Assembly (NCBI RefSeq): GCF_009914755.1
Contig: NC_060947.1
DNA length: 64,000 nt
DNA from: the human T2T-CHM13v2.0 reference genome, Homo sapiens
Reading direction: 5' to 3' (one strand)
Shown here: positions 17,680 to 29,374 of the stretch, one piece after another
How the letters are laid out: every line of letters begins with the position of its first letter
How positions within the stretch are numbered: the first letter of the stretch is position 1
Made by a program: the position numbers and the translations under genes
Notes under the pieces: model-generated
Database searches by the model: none
What the model was told of the DNA's origin: nothing
Seen by the model: the letters and a program-made list of their open reading frames with translations, nothing else

Positions 17680-18380
17680 TTTATAAATTTGGGGTGCAAG
17701 TGCACTTTTGTAACATGTATATATTGCATCGCAGTTTGGTCTGGAATTTTAGTATAACACCCAAATAGTGTACAATGTACACAACAGGAAATGTTTTACC
17801 CCTGAACTTGCTCTTACTCTTTCACTTTTTGAAGACCCCAATGTCTACTAATCCACTGTGCATGTTCATATGTACCCATTGTTTAGGTCTCTCTGGTAAG
17901 TAATAGCATGTGGTATTTGACTTTATGTTTCCGAGTTATTTCACTTAGGATAATCGTCACTAGTTGCATCCATGTTGCTGCAAGACATATAATTTTACTA
18001 TTTTTTATAGAAGAGTAGTATTCTATGTCATATATTTGCCAGATTTTCTTTATAAAATGCACCATTGATGTGCACATAGGTTGACTCCATGTCCTTGCTG
18101 AGTAGTGCTGCAACAAACATGTGAATACAGGTGTCTTTTTAATATAATGATTTCTTCCCCTTTGAGTTGATAGCCAGTAGCAGAAATACTGAATCAAAAT
18201 GTGGCTCTATTTTTACTTCTCTGAAAAATCTTCATAAGCTTTTCCATAGAGGTTGTACTTACATTCCCACCAACCGTGTACAAGAGGTTTATTTTCTCTG
18301 CATTCTCATCAACATCTGTCTTTTTTTTTTTTGAATTTTTAATAATAGCCATTCTGACTGATGTAAGATGGTATCCCACT
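17680..18380 (-). mobile_element. L1PB-like 3' end fragment
   Basis: Antisense 3'UTR after the (TA)-rich tail at 17600-17685; ORFs 17883-18197 and 18194-18379 resemble the ORF2 C-terminus. Confidence 0.8.
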
Positions 18381-19401
18381 GAAGTTTTTTACACTGTTAA
18401 TTTAGATTTGGGGGTACATGGTGCAGGTTTGTTACATGGCTATATTGTGTAATACAAAGGTTTGTGCTTCCAGTGAACCGATCACTCAAATTGTAAAAAT
18501 AGTACCCAATAGGAAGTGTTTGAGGCCACTCTCTTCTACAATTATCCCTTATTTTGGTGTCCCCAGTGTCTATTATTTTTATCTTTGTTTTCATATGTAC
18601 CCATTTAGCTCCCACTTATAAGTGACAACATGCAGTATTTGATTTTTTATTTTTGAGTTATTTTATGTAGGATAATGACATCCAACTGCATCCATGTTGC
18701 TGCAAAGGACATGATTTCATTCTCTGTAATGGCTGAATAGTATTCCTTGTTGTATATATACCACATTTTCTTTATTCAAACCACCATCAATGATACATAA
18801 GTTGATTTCATATCTTTGCTATTGAGTATAGTGCTGCAATAAATGTATAAGTGCAGGAATCTTTTTGAAAAATATGATTTTTTTTATGGGCAGATACCCA
18901 CTCATGGTACTGCTAGGTTGAATGACAGTTTTATTTTTAGTTTTTTCAGAAATCTCTGTATTGTTAGAAAGCAATATTGAACTATTTTAAATTCATGTCA
19001 ACAGTGTATAAGCATTCCCTTTTCTCCACATTCTTCACAATATCTTTCTTTTTTCGTACTTTTTACTAATAGCCATTTTGACTGGTGTGAGATGGTATCT
19101 CATCGTGGTTGTAATTTGCCTTTTACTGAAGATAACTTATGTTGACATTTTATCATGTTTGGTGACTGCTTCTATGTCTTCCTTTAAAAGTGTGTGTTCA
19201 TGTCCCTTGTTCCCTTTTCAATGGGATTATTTGTCCTTTTCTTGTTTAGTTGTTTAAGGTTCTTATAGATTCTGTATATTAGTCCATTGTCAGGTGCATA
19301 GGTTGCTAATATTTTCTCTTATTCTGTAGGTTATCTGTTAACTCTTTTGATTAATTTTTTTTTGGTTGGGCAGAAGCTCTTTAGTTTAAGTCCCATTTAT
19401 T

Positions 19402-19692
19402 AAGTTATTTTTAGTTTAAATTTGGGAGTAAATGTGAAAATTTGTTGCATAGGTAAACACGTGTCCCGGGGGTTTATTGTACATATTATTACATCACCCT
19501 GATACTAATCTCAGTATCCAATAATTGTCTTTTCTGTACCTCTCCCCGCTCCCACCTTCCCCCTTTATGTAAACCCCAGTAACTGTTGTTTCCTTCTTTG
19601 TGTTCATAAGTTCTTACCATTTAGCTCCCACTTATAAGTGAAAACCTGCAGTATTTGACTTTCTGTTCCTGTGTTAGTTTGCTAAGGATAAT
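19402..19692 (-). mobile_element. Short L1PA13-like 3' end inserted in the host L1
   Basis: An additional L1 3'UTR interrupts host sequence between 'gtcccattt' and 'ttgttgcattt'. Confidence 0.75.
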
Positions 19693-21440
19693 ATTGTTGC
19701 ATTTGATTTTGTGATCATAGTCATGAATTATTTGCCTAGGCCAAATGTACAGAAAAATTTCCTTGGTTCTCTTCTAAAGTTTCTATAATTCCATGTCCTA
19801 CATTTGAGTCTTTAATACATATTAAGTTAATTTTTGTATATAGTGAGAGGGAGGGCTCCAGATTAACTCTTCTGTATATGGCTAGCCAGGTTTCCCAGCA
19901 TGAATTTAATAATGTACTTTCCCTATTGTATATTTATGTTGACTTTGTTAAAGACTAGTTAAATGTAGATGTGTGGCTTTATTACTTAGTTCTGTACTCT
20001 GTTCTATTAATTTATGTGTCCCCCCCTTTTTTGTTTTTACCAGTACTATGTTGTTTTGTTACTATTGCCTTGTACTATAGTTTGAAGTCTGCTAATGTGG
20101 TGCCTCTGGCTTTGTTCTTTCTGCTTAGAATTACTTTGATTCTTAGGGTCTTTTTTGGTTCCACATGAATTTTAGAATTGTTTTTTCCTAAATTCTTTGA
20201 CAAACAATGTAGTAATTTGATATAAATTGCATTGAATCTATAGATTGCATTGGGCAGTATAGTCATTTTGATGATACTGATTCTTCCTATCCAGGATCTT
20301 GAGAGGTTTTTAGTTTGAGTCATCTACAATTTTTTTCATTAGTATTTTGTGCTTCTCATGGTAGAGGTCTTTCACCTCTTTGGTAAAATCCTAGGTGTTT
20401 AATTCTTTATGTCTATTATAAATGGGATTGAGTTATTCATTTGGTTCTCGGCATAAGCATTGTTTCTGTATAAAAAATGCAACAAATTTGTGCATTAATT
20501 TTGTGTCTTGAAACAGTACAGAAGTCATTTATAAGATCTAGAAGTCCTTTGAAGGAATATTTAGCATTTTCTAGGTATAGGATATTGTCACTAGCAAACA
20601 GAGATTATTTCTCTCACTCTTTTTCTGTTTGTATGACTTTTATTTCTGTTTCTTTTCTGATTACTCTGTGTGGGACTTCCCAGTACTATATTGAATAGGA
20701 ATGATAAGAGTGAATATCCTTGTGTTGTTCCAGTTCTTAGAGGGAATGGTTTCAATTTTTCCCATTCAATATGATTTTTTTTTGTGGCTATGATTGTGAC
20801 ATATATGGCTCTTATTATTTTGGGGTATGTTTCTTTGATGTTTAATTAGTTGAGAGTTTTTATCATGAAAGGATGTTGGATTATATCAAATGTGTCTTTC
20901 TGTATCTATTGTGGTGGTCACATGGTTTTTGTTTTTAATTCCCTTTATGTGATGAGTCACATTTATTAATTTGCATATGTTGAACCATCTATTGCTTCCA
21001 AAAAAAACACACTTGATCATGATGTATTATTTTTTGATGTGCTGCTACATTCTGTTAGGAATTGTTTTGTTGAGAATTTTTGCATCTATATTTATCAGCA
21101 ATATGGCTCTGTAGTTTTCTTTTTTTGTTTTGTCTTTGACAGATTTTGATATCAAGATGATGCTGTTTTTATAGAATGAGTTAGGGATGCATTCCCTCTC
21201 CTTGTGTTTTTGGAATAGTTTGAGCAATATTGGTACCAGTTCTTTGCATATTTGGTACAATTCAACTGTGGATCTGTCTAGTCCTGCACTTTATTTGGTT
21301 GGTAGATTTTTTATTACTGATTCAATATTTTATCACTCATTATCATACTGTTTAAGATTTCAATTTCTCCTTGGTTCGTTCTTGGAAAATTGTGTGTTTC
21401 CAGGACTTTATCAGCTTATTGTAGCTTTTCTAGTTTGTGT

Positions 21441-21913
21441 TGTAATCCAAAAAGTATCTGAGACCATCAATCAATTTAGAAGTTTATTTTTGTAAAGGTA
21501 AAGGACAATGCCCAGAAAAAAAAAAAAAAAAAAAAACATGAACACAGAATCACAGAAACAATCTGAGGCCTGTGCCTTTCTTTAAAGATGATTTTTAGAG
21601 TTTTAATATTTACAGGGATAAAATGGGCTTGAGAGGAAAGGGGGAGGGTATGGTAATCCACATGTTGCCAGAGTAAAGGAGTAGCTAGGGAAATAGTCAA
21701 TTATGCATTCATCTCATGCTTAGTAAATCAGCATTTTGCATAAGATAAGGTGAACATAAAGGAGCTACAAGTGAAGATATTTAGTCTTTGATCTGTAGCT
21801 ATCTGCTAAGAAATAAAAGGAAAGGTAACTTCTTGCAAGATCAGATTTCAACTTATTTTTTTTTTCTTTTGGCACAGTGAATTGGGATTCCACGTTTTTC
21901 CTTTCATTTTACA
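21441..21913. mobile_element. Solo ERV1 LTR, MER4A-like
   Basis: TG...CA termini; 4-bp TSD gtgt (21437-21440 and 21914-21917); 'tcaatcaatttagaagtttatttt' and 'tgtgcctttctttaaagatgatttt' motifs. Confidence 0.85.
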
Positions 21914-21916
21914 GTG

Positions 21917-22673
21917 TGCAAAGCCACAGGGGCAGATCTGCCCAAGGCCATGGCAACCCACTTTTTGCATCGGCCTGACCTGGATATGAGACCTGGAGTC
22001 AAAGGAGATCATTTTGGAGATTTAAAGTTTGACTGCCCCATGGGATTTCAGACTTGCATGGGCCCTTAATCCCTTTGTTTTGGCCAATTTCTCTCATTTG
22101 GAATGGTTGTATTCACCCAATACCTGTACCCCCGTTGGATCTAGGAAGTAATTAGCTTGCTTTTGATTTTAGAGTCATAGGTGGAAGGGACATGACTTGT
22201 CTCGGATGAGACTTCAGACTGTGGACTTTTGAGTTAATGCTGAAATGAGTTAAGACTTTGAGGGACTGTTGGGAAGGCATGATTGTCTTTGAAATTTGAG
22301 GACATGAGATTTGGAGGGGCCAGGGGTGGAATGATATGGTTTGGCTCTGAGTCCCCATCCAAATCTCATCTTGAATTGTAGTCCCATAATTCCCACTTAT
22401 TGTCAGAAGGACCCAGTGGGAGATAATTTAAAACATGGGGCGGCTTCCCTCATACTGTTCTTGTGGTAGTGAATAAGTCCCATGAGATCTGATGGTTTCT
22501 GCTTTTGCATCTTCCTCATTTTCTCTTGCTACTGCCATGTAAGAGGTGCCTTTCATGTCCCACCATGATTCTGAGGTCTCCCCAACCATATGGAAATGTA
22601 AGTCCAATTAAACCTCTTTTTCTTCCCATTCTTGGGTATGTCTTTATCAGCAGTGTGAAAACAGAGTAATACA
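21917..22673 (+). mobile_element. THE1C remnant: 3' end of the internal region plus 3' LTR (22332-22673)
   Basis: Internal 'tgcaaagccacagggg...ggaggggccaggggtggaa' followed by LTR 'tgatatggtttggct...taataca'; 5' LTR missing. Confidence 0.9.
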
Positions 22674-25215
22674 ATTTCTTCCCAACCAAAACCATGAGTG
22701 ACTAGAACATGTATAGTATTTATTCCCAGGTGAGAGCAATCACGTATTCCCTTAATAATGTTCCATTGACAACGCTGGGTAAGCAGGATCTCATGTGTCC
22801 AGCAGCCATTAAGTTTTTTGCTCTACCCCCTCTTCATTGCCCATTCTATCTCAGGTTGGATATATTCTGGATGTGGCTCTTGATCATTGGGCTGTGGCCA
22901 TAAGGCCAGTTCTGAGATAGGCTCAATGGCCCCTCTTTTGCCAGCTTTATCTGCCAGTATGTTTTTCTTGGTTATCATAAACTCCCCCTTCTAATGTTCC
23001 ATGCAATGGATAATGGCCACTTCCAATGGATCCTGAACTGTCTGGAGTAATGATAAAATTTCATGACTGTATTTCATAGGAGAATTTTTGGCCATCAGCA
23101 ATTCCCTGTGTATAGCTGTGTGAACACGCAGAATGATAAAAGCATATTTAGAACCAGTATATATATTTGCCCACCAGTCTTTTCCCAATTATAACACACG
23201 TGTGAGAGAAATAAGCTCAGTTTTGGGAGCAGATGTATTTGCTGTTAAAGGCTTTGCCTCTATTTCCTGCTGAAGACTTATTATTGCATATCCTGCCCTT
23301 CTAGACTTATCTTTCATGAAGCTACTCCCATCTATGAACCATTCTTTATCAAGGTTGTCTAGAGATTTGTCTTTGTTATCTGACCAGCTGGAGTAAATTT
23401 GATCAATTGTTTCTATGCAAGAATGGGTTAGACCTACTGTTGCTCATATGGACATGAGAGTAGCAGAATTGAAGGTTTGACAGACCTTAAGAATTATTTC
23501 ATGGGAACCTAATAAAAGAGCCTGATATTATTTAATTACTTGTCTCTCCATCAACCATTGATGGCCTTTAATTTCTAAGTACCCCCGCACTTGATGAGGG
23601 GTTTGGACTTCAAGAGTGAGCCTATCCTAATATCAATTTAGTGGCTTCCTCAATGAGGAAAGCAGTGGCTGCTGTGATCCATAAACATCCTGGCCAGCCA
23701 GCTGCCACATAATCTGTCAGTTTGGAGAGATGTGCCACTGGCCTAGGTATATTATCCAATCATTGAGTAAGTACACCTAGGTAGAGTCCCTGTTTCTCAG
23801 ACCCATAGAGTGAAAAAGGGGTTTTCCAAGTTGGGAAGTTCCAAGGCAGGAGCTGTGGAGCTAAGCAAATTTTTAATACTCTGAAAAGCCTCTTTTTTAT
23901 TGACCATTTGAAGGGTTCATATTCATCTTTATAGGGTTCATATTCATCTTTATAGGGTTCATATTCATCTTTTTAATGGTTTGTCAATACACCCAAATCC
24001 TGGGATCCAAAGTTGCTTCTTTGCTTGTGAAGTTTCCACCTTTAAGATGGCCTCTTTTGGCTCAATTGATGAAGTTCAGCTCCCTAGGTTAAGACAAAGC
24101 CCAAAGCCCAAATATTTTACCCCATCTTGAAAAGTTGAGCTTTAAATGGGAAAACCCAATATTCGCTCTTGCCCAGGAAATTTAGAACCGGAATAGCATT
24201 CTTATCTAAGTTCTGTTTTGTAGGGCTACCAATAAGAATGTCATCCATATATTGGAGTATGGCACCCCTCTGTAGTTCAGTTTCTCTCATTTCCTTCTCC
24301 AAGGCATTTCAAAAGAAATGGTGAGACCTACCTCTAAAGCCCTGAGATATTGTGGTTCAAGTACAACACCAGGTTGTGTTAGTCTTTGGGTCTTTCCATT
24401 CAAAGGCAAACAAGTGTTGTGAGTCAAGTTGCAAATGGATACAGAAAAAAAGGCATATTTGAGATCTAGTACAGTGAATCATTTAGCATCTTTTGGTATC
24501 TAAGTTAATACAGTGCAGGGGTTGGGTACTAAGGGATGTAAAGGAACCACTGCCTTATTTATAGTTCAAATGTCTTAGACTAAGTAGTACCCTCCATTTG
24601 GCTTCAAGATAAAGATAATAGGTGCATTGCAAGGAGACTTATAGGGATATAATAGGCCATGTTCTATAAATTTTTCAATGAGGGGCTTAAGTCTTTGCCT
24701 CGCTTCTGGTTTAAGGGGATAATGGCATGTATATGGAAAGTTAGTATTGTCCTTTAAGAAAATTACCACTGGCTGGGCACATATTGATTTACCTTGGATT
24801 CCCTGGTCCCACACCTGTGGGTCAACTTGAGACAAAGCTTTAGAAAGACCTTCCTGTTTTCCTGAGAGCAATTCAGAAGGGACAAGCATTGGTAATAGAA
24901 GAGGTGTCCCTGGATCTTGTAAATGTAGAGTGGCCCCAAGGGCAGTCAGAAAATCTAATCCTAGCAGATGGGTTGGACACTTTGTCATAACTAGAAATTC
25001 ATGAGTCACCAATATCTTCCCAGCCTGCAGAAAAGGAATAGGGTAAAATGTTTGCATTTGGGGGTACCATTGACACCTCCATCAACATCTGTGACAACAC
25101 AGATTTTGGAGAATAAGGGCCCAGAGTGACCAACCAAAAAAGAGTAAGTGTCCCCTGTATAGATTAGGAAGTCAATATTCTTACCTGCTATTAATACATC
25201 AAGAATTACCTGAGG
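22674..25215 (-). pseudogene. pol: ERV pro-pol remnant (protease, RT, RNase H)
   Basis: 'IDFLIYTGDTYSFL' (degenerate DTGA), 'KSPCNAPI..ILKPNGGY', 'LQYMDDILI' (YxDD), RNase H 'NIYTGSKYAF...AIIHC'. Confidence 0.9.
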
Positions 25216-25264
25216 TTTCTCAGTTGTGATGACCATGCCTTTTGTGGAAGCCACTAGGAACATT

Positions 25265-26994
25265 ATAGGCCCCTTCTGTCCTTAGTCATGGTCATTATAG
25301 AATCAGTAGTCTCTCCTCCCTTTGGAGTTTGGGGCAATACTTCTTCCAATGGGCTCTTTGCCCTGAGGACAAGATTCAGGTAGGCTTTCCTGGCTAGGAT
25401 AGTTCTTGCTCCAGTGTTTTGGCATCCCATGTGTAAAGCAGCAGCCATCACCTGTTGGTTTACTGTTAGGCCTATTTGGTTTTTGGTTGAAATGTCTTCT
25501 TGGGTTACACCAAGTTGGAAGGGCAATGCTTACAGCAACTGCTATCAGTCGTGCCTACTGCATATCCCATAGCAGTCAATGCTTACAGCAACTGCTATCA
25601 GTTGTGCCTATTGCATATCTCATAGCAATTGCCACACTGGGTCCTTTCAGCCTCCTCAGTCCTGTCTGTGTTATTAAAGAACCCAAAGGCCACATCAAGA
25701 ATCAAAATAATGGGTTTCTGAGGTCCCATGGATAATTTTTGAAGTTTTTTTCTAATATCTTGGGCTGATTGGCTAATAAAGTGTGTATCCAGCACGGTTT
25801 GGCCATCCAAGGTCCCTGAATCAGTGTTAGTATTTTTTAGGGCCTCTACAAGGAGTCCATTGAATAGTGTCAGGTTTGTATCTTTTCTTTGTGTAATTTC
25901 TTTTATCATTATTCACAGGCTTAATAACACATCTTTTCACTATCTACAAAAGACAAGTCACCATGTAATTCCTCTGCCTTAGGTCAGCATGCCCTTATTG
26001 ATAGTTCCAGGCATGTCTTGGTTGGGTACAGAAGTTGTTCTATTGTCATAGTCTAGGTCTTCCAATCCAAATATGATGTTTGTCCCCAGGGGTGCAACAG
26101 GTAGACAAGAAAAAGTGACTACTTCCCCAAGTTAATTCAAATGAGAGGGAGAGAGCCCAAAACTCCTTTATAAATTTGGATGGGTATTCCAAAAATCAGC
26201 CCAGTCTCTGCTTGCATTGTTTTAGACCAGACATAACCTTGAATGGTCCCAACATCGCCATTTACCACTGCACTAAGTGAACTCAGCTTTGAACTGTCAG
26301 AAAGTTGTGACATGCTGCCACGGGTTACATAGGGCCTCTACAAGAAGTCCATTGAATAGTGTCGGGACTATCTGACACTCTTTAATTGATTCCTTGAACA
26401 AATCCCTGTGGTGATTTGTTTCTCTGGCAAAGGAATGTAAATAAGGTCAGTAAGAAGGTGGACTAACAAGAGTTTGGGGACTAGAAACAGCAGAGCTGGA
26501 AGGATACTAGGGGGTAGGTTGTAGGGAGGTAATATCTCCTTGACTCCCACCTACAAGATGAGAAACTGCAGGTGCTGGACCTGGGTCTGGTTCTGGATTA
26601 GGTAGATATTGCAGAGGGGCATTTTCCAAAAGGGAATAACCTAGAATATCTGGTTCTCCTTCTCCCTTATTTGGCCCCACCAAAGGGATGGGAGCATAGT
26701 AGAGACAGCAATTTCCATGAAGGTCTGGATTTTGATAAAGAACTATAAATGCCTGAGCATATGAAATTTCACTGTATGTCCCCTGATGCTTAAAAATGTG
26801 TTCTAGGTGTGGTATGGTGTTATAATTCAAGATTCCATTCCTCAGCCATTCTTCCCCATCTCCCACTTGTATTGGGTCCAAGCATTATGGCAAAATATTT
26901 TTTTTCACATAAGGCCATCTTGTTCAACGGTTTTCCTGTTCTTACTAATACATCATAGAGGAGAGTTAGCATAAATGAAGGGAGAATTACCCAT
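25265..26994 (-). pseudogene. gag: ERV gag remnant
   Basis: ATG at 26994 reads MGNSP; MA-like 'GEEWLRNGILNYNTI...YSEISYAQAF'; CA-like 'ITQRKDTN...HFISQSAQDIRKKLQKL'. Confidence 0.88.
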
Positions 26995-27074
26995 AGTTTT
27001 GGGTTGTCTTTGGTACAACCTGAAAAAGAAAAGAAGAAAGTAACAGTGCTTCTCTTATGCGGATACCAATCAAG

Positions 27075-27520
27075 CCTGGCTTTTATGAAAGGCAAGTTCC
27101 TTGGAATGGCTCCCTCCTGGAAGGAACACTGGGCCACCCCAAAGGGAATGCTGAAACAAGGCCTCCACAAAAGACCAGTCCCATTGAGTGGCTTTTTTTT
27201 CCAGTGGGAGAGCTGACCCCTGCCAGAGGGAATGCTGAAACCTGGCTCCCACAAAATGCCAATCCCATGGAATGGTTCACTCACAGAGGGAGTGCCACCC
27301 TCTCTTGGAGGAAGTGCAACTCCCTCCCAGAGGGAGTGCTGAAAGCTGGCCCCCACAAAAGGCCAGTCCCATGGAGTGGCTCCCTCCTGGAGGGAGAACC
27401 ACCCACTTTTGCAGGGAGAGCAGCTTCCTCCCAGAGAGAGTGCTGGAACCTCATGGAGTGGCTCCATTCTGGAGGAAGCCCTGGAAACTGCCCCCCATGG
27501 AAAGCCAGTTTCCACAGCCA
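27075..27520. repeat. Degenerate tandem repeat (about 84-105 bp spacing) in the ERV leader
   Basis: Core 'ggga(a/g)tgctgaaa...cacaaaa..cca.tcccat.ga.tgg.t' at about 27144, 27228 and 27332, plus partial copies. Confidence 0.8.
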
Positions 27521-27896
27521 AGTCAGGGATATAAGGTATCCTCATTGCCCTGCCTGGCTGCCTGTCACCCAGGTATCCCTGGTTCCCTCATGTTGTCCAA
27601 GCATCCATGGCACTTGGGGCTTTGGAAATAAAGGGTTTTTTTGAGATCAGATAGGACAAATACAATAGTAGGCCTGATTCTGTGGTGACAGGAATGTTGA
27701 TATCCATCATAATGCCTTTTTTTCCAAGGAAGCTTGAGAGAGGAGTCAATTCGGTAAAACAATAAGGCAAAGCCACTGGAAAGATTTCCTGAAGGGCACA
27801 GGCCCTTTACTTATAAGGTAGGGGAGAGTCTGTAGGGAATAGCTCTTAGTTTGGGAGCATGTCCTGTCCTACGATCAATTTCAATGTAAGAGGTTT

Positions 27897-27897
<1 letters not shown>

Positions 27898-27934
<37 letters not shown>
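27898..27934. repeat. (GTT)n microsatellite
   Basis: Seen directly. Confidence 0.95.
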
Positions 27935-27935
<1 letters not shown>

Positions 27936-28758
27936 TAATCTGGTAAGGATGAGGTTTAAGGAAACATGCAATAAAATGGTAGAGGAAGCAACACCCTGTG
28001 GTACATGACCCACAGAGTCTGCCAAATATTGACACCAAAGACGTGAACCAGAATGGAGCTTAGAAGAGTCTCAACAAAGGTGACATTTCCATACTGGGTG
28101 TTGTAGATGGCAATACTGTGAGGCAAAGCAGTAGCAGACCTTGGAAAAACCAGATCCAAAGAGTTCAACAAACATTTTCATATAATAAAACAAGAGTCAG
28201 AGAAGGAAAAAAGTTATAAAGAGTTCAGAAAAATACAGGAGGTAGACAACATTCCCCAGTCAGACCTAGCATACTTTCCTGGCTGATACACTGGGGAGTT
28301 GGAAAACTCCTCCTTAACAGACATTATGGCTGATGAGGACTCCTTAAGGAAAAAGGAAAGTTTAGAAGCAGTCTGGCAGATTTTCTGAAAGGCTTGGCCA
28401 TACAGGAGCCATCCTGTCTGGGACACCCAGATGACAGAAGTTACTTCTGCACTAGCTGAAAAAGACAAAGAGTAAATAGTAGGATGAACAAGAAATATAT
28501 GGGCATGGCAGTCTTCTTCTCAGTGTAAGGCCATAAGGCTCCACCAGACTCCATGGATGGCACTAGCCACCACCAACCAGTGATTGAATCTGCATTACCT
28601 GAAAGAGATCTACAGCCACCCACCCAAAAAAGGAGCCACAACTATGTTGGCAAGTAGAGATTATGCTTTTTGCCCCATAAATAAAAGCAATAGGAGAAAA
28701 ATCGCAATGCCAAAAAAAGATTGCAGACTGCTCACCTGATTTAGTGTAAAGTACTTTG

Positions 28759-28776
28759 CTCCTGGCTGGCTCACCA
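28759..28776 (-). promoter_or_regulatory. Primer-binding site for tRNA-Arg(ACG)
   Basis: + strand ctcctggctggctcacca matches the tRNA-Arg(ACG) 3' end CTCCTGGCTGGCTCGCCA at 17/18; a candidate splice donor CAG/GTGAG lies just downstream (28731-28738, minus). Confidence 0.85.
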
Positions 28777-28782
28777 CAGAGC

Positions 28783-29374
28783 TGAAGTCAGAGGGCTTAG
28801 GTGGGCCTTCAGATGCCAGACAGACCCTAGACCCAGCCAATGTTCCAGGTTCTTGACACTATCACAAAAAATAATTCAGGGATGGATCAGAATCATGCAA
28901 AAGGCAAAAAAACTTCTATGGCAAAGAAAAAGTAAACACTTGAAAGAAGTGTGGGCAGACTCAGGAGAGTGAGATGTGCAATGGAGTTTGGATTTCTAAT
29001 TTTACAGGCTCTTCTAATTAGAGGGCGGAATAATCATGAGTTCTTTTAAGAAAAAGATGGAGATTTCTTAGAACTGGGATGCCACCATTTTTATACTAAA
29101 TCTGGGAATGTTTGGATCTGTCATGGCGCTTGTGGGTGTGTTATTTAATATTCTAATGAGCATATAATTAATTCTGAGGTAGAGCATGGATCAAATTCAG
29201 TGCCATGTTTGACTTAGCTGGTTTTAACGAGTGTAACCTTCTTTCTACTTTTAGGGTCTTATCAGCCCAGGGTTCTACTTCTCCTTGTAGGTAATACAAC
29301 TCCTTTCTTGCTGTTATGTGAAATCGCTGCTTAATATTTCCCCACTTCTGTCATCATTGAGTATTCCTACCTCA
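28783..29374 (-). mobile_element. 5' LTR of the ERV (ERV1 class, family uncertain)
   Basis: Minus strand begins 'tgaggtaggaat'; lies next to the PBS; host L1 resumes at 29375. Inner boundary approximate. Confidence 0.75.

Larger units (their letters stand above)
22674..29374 (-). mobile_element. Class I (gamma-like) ERV, HERV-W/9-like gag-pol, 3'-truncated (no complete IN, env or 3' LTR)
   Basis: 5' LTR, Arg PBS, leader, gag, pro, RT and RNase H remnants in order on the minus strand. Confidence 0.9.

Noticed and set aside
27075-27520. CRISPR-like repeat-spacer array
   Set aside because: Units are degenerate, the intervening sequences are mutually similar, the context is a primate ERV leader, and there are no cas genes.
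28759-28776. tRNA gene
   Set aside because: Only the 3' 18 nt match; its position next to an LTR identifies it as a PBS.
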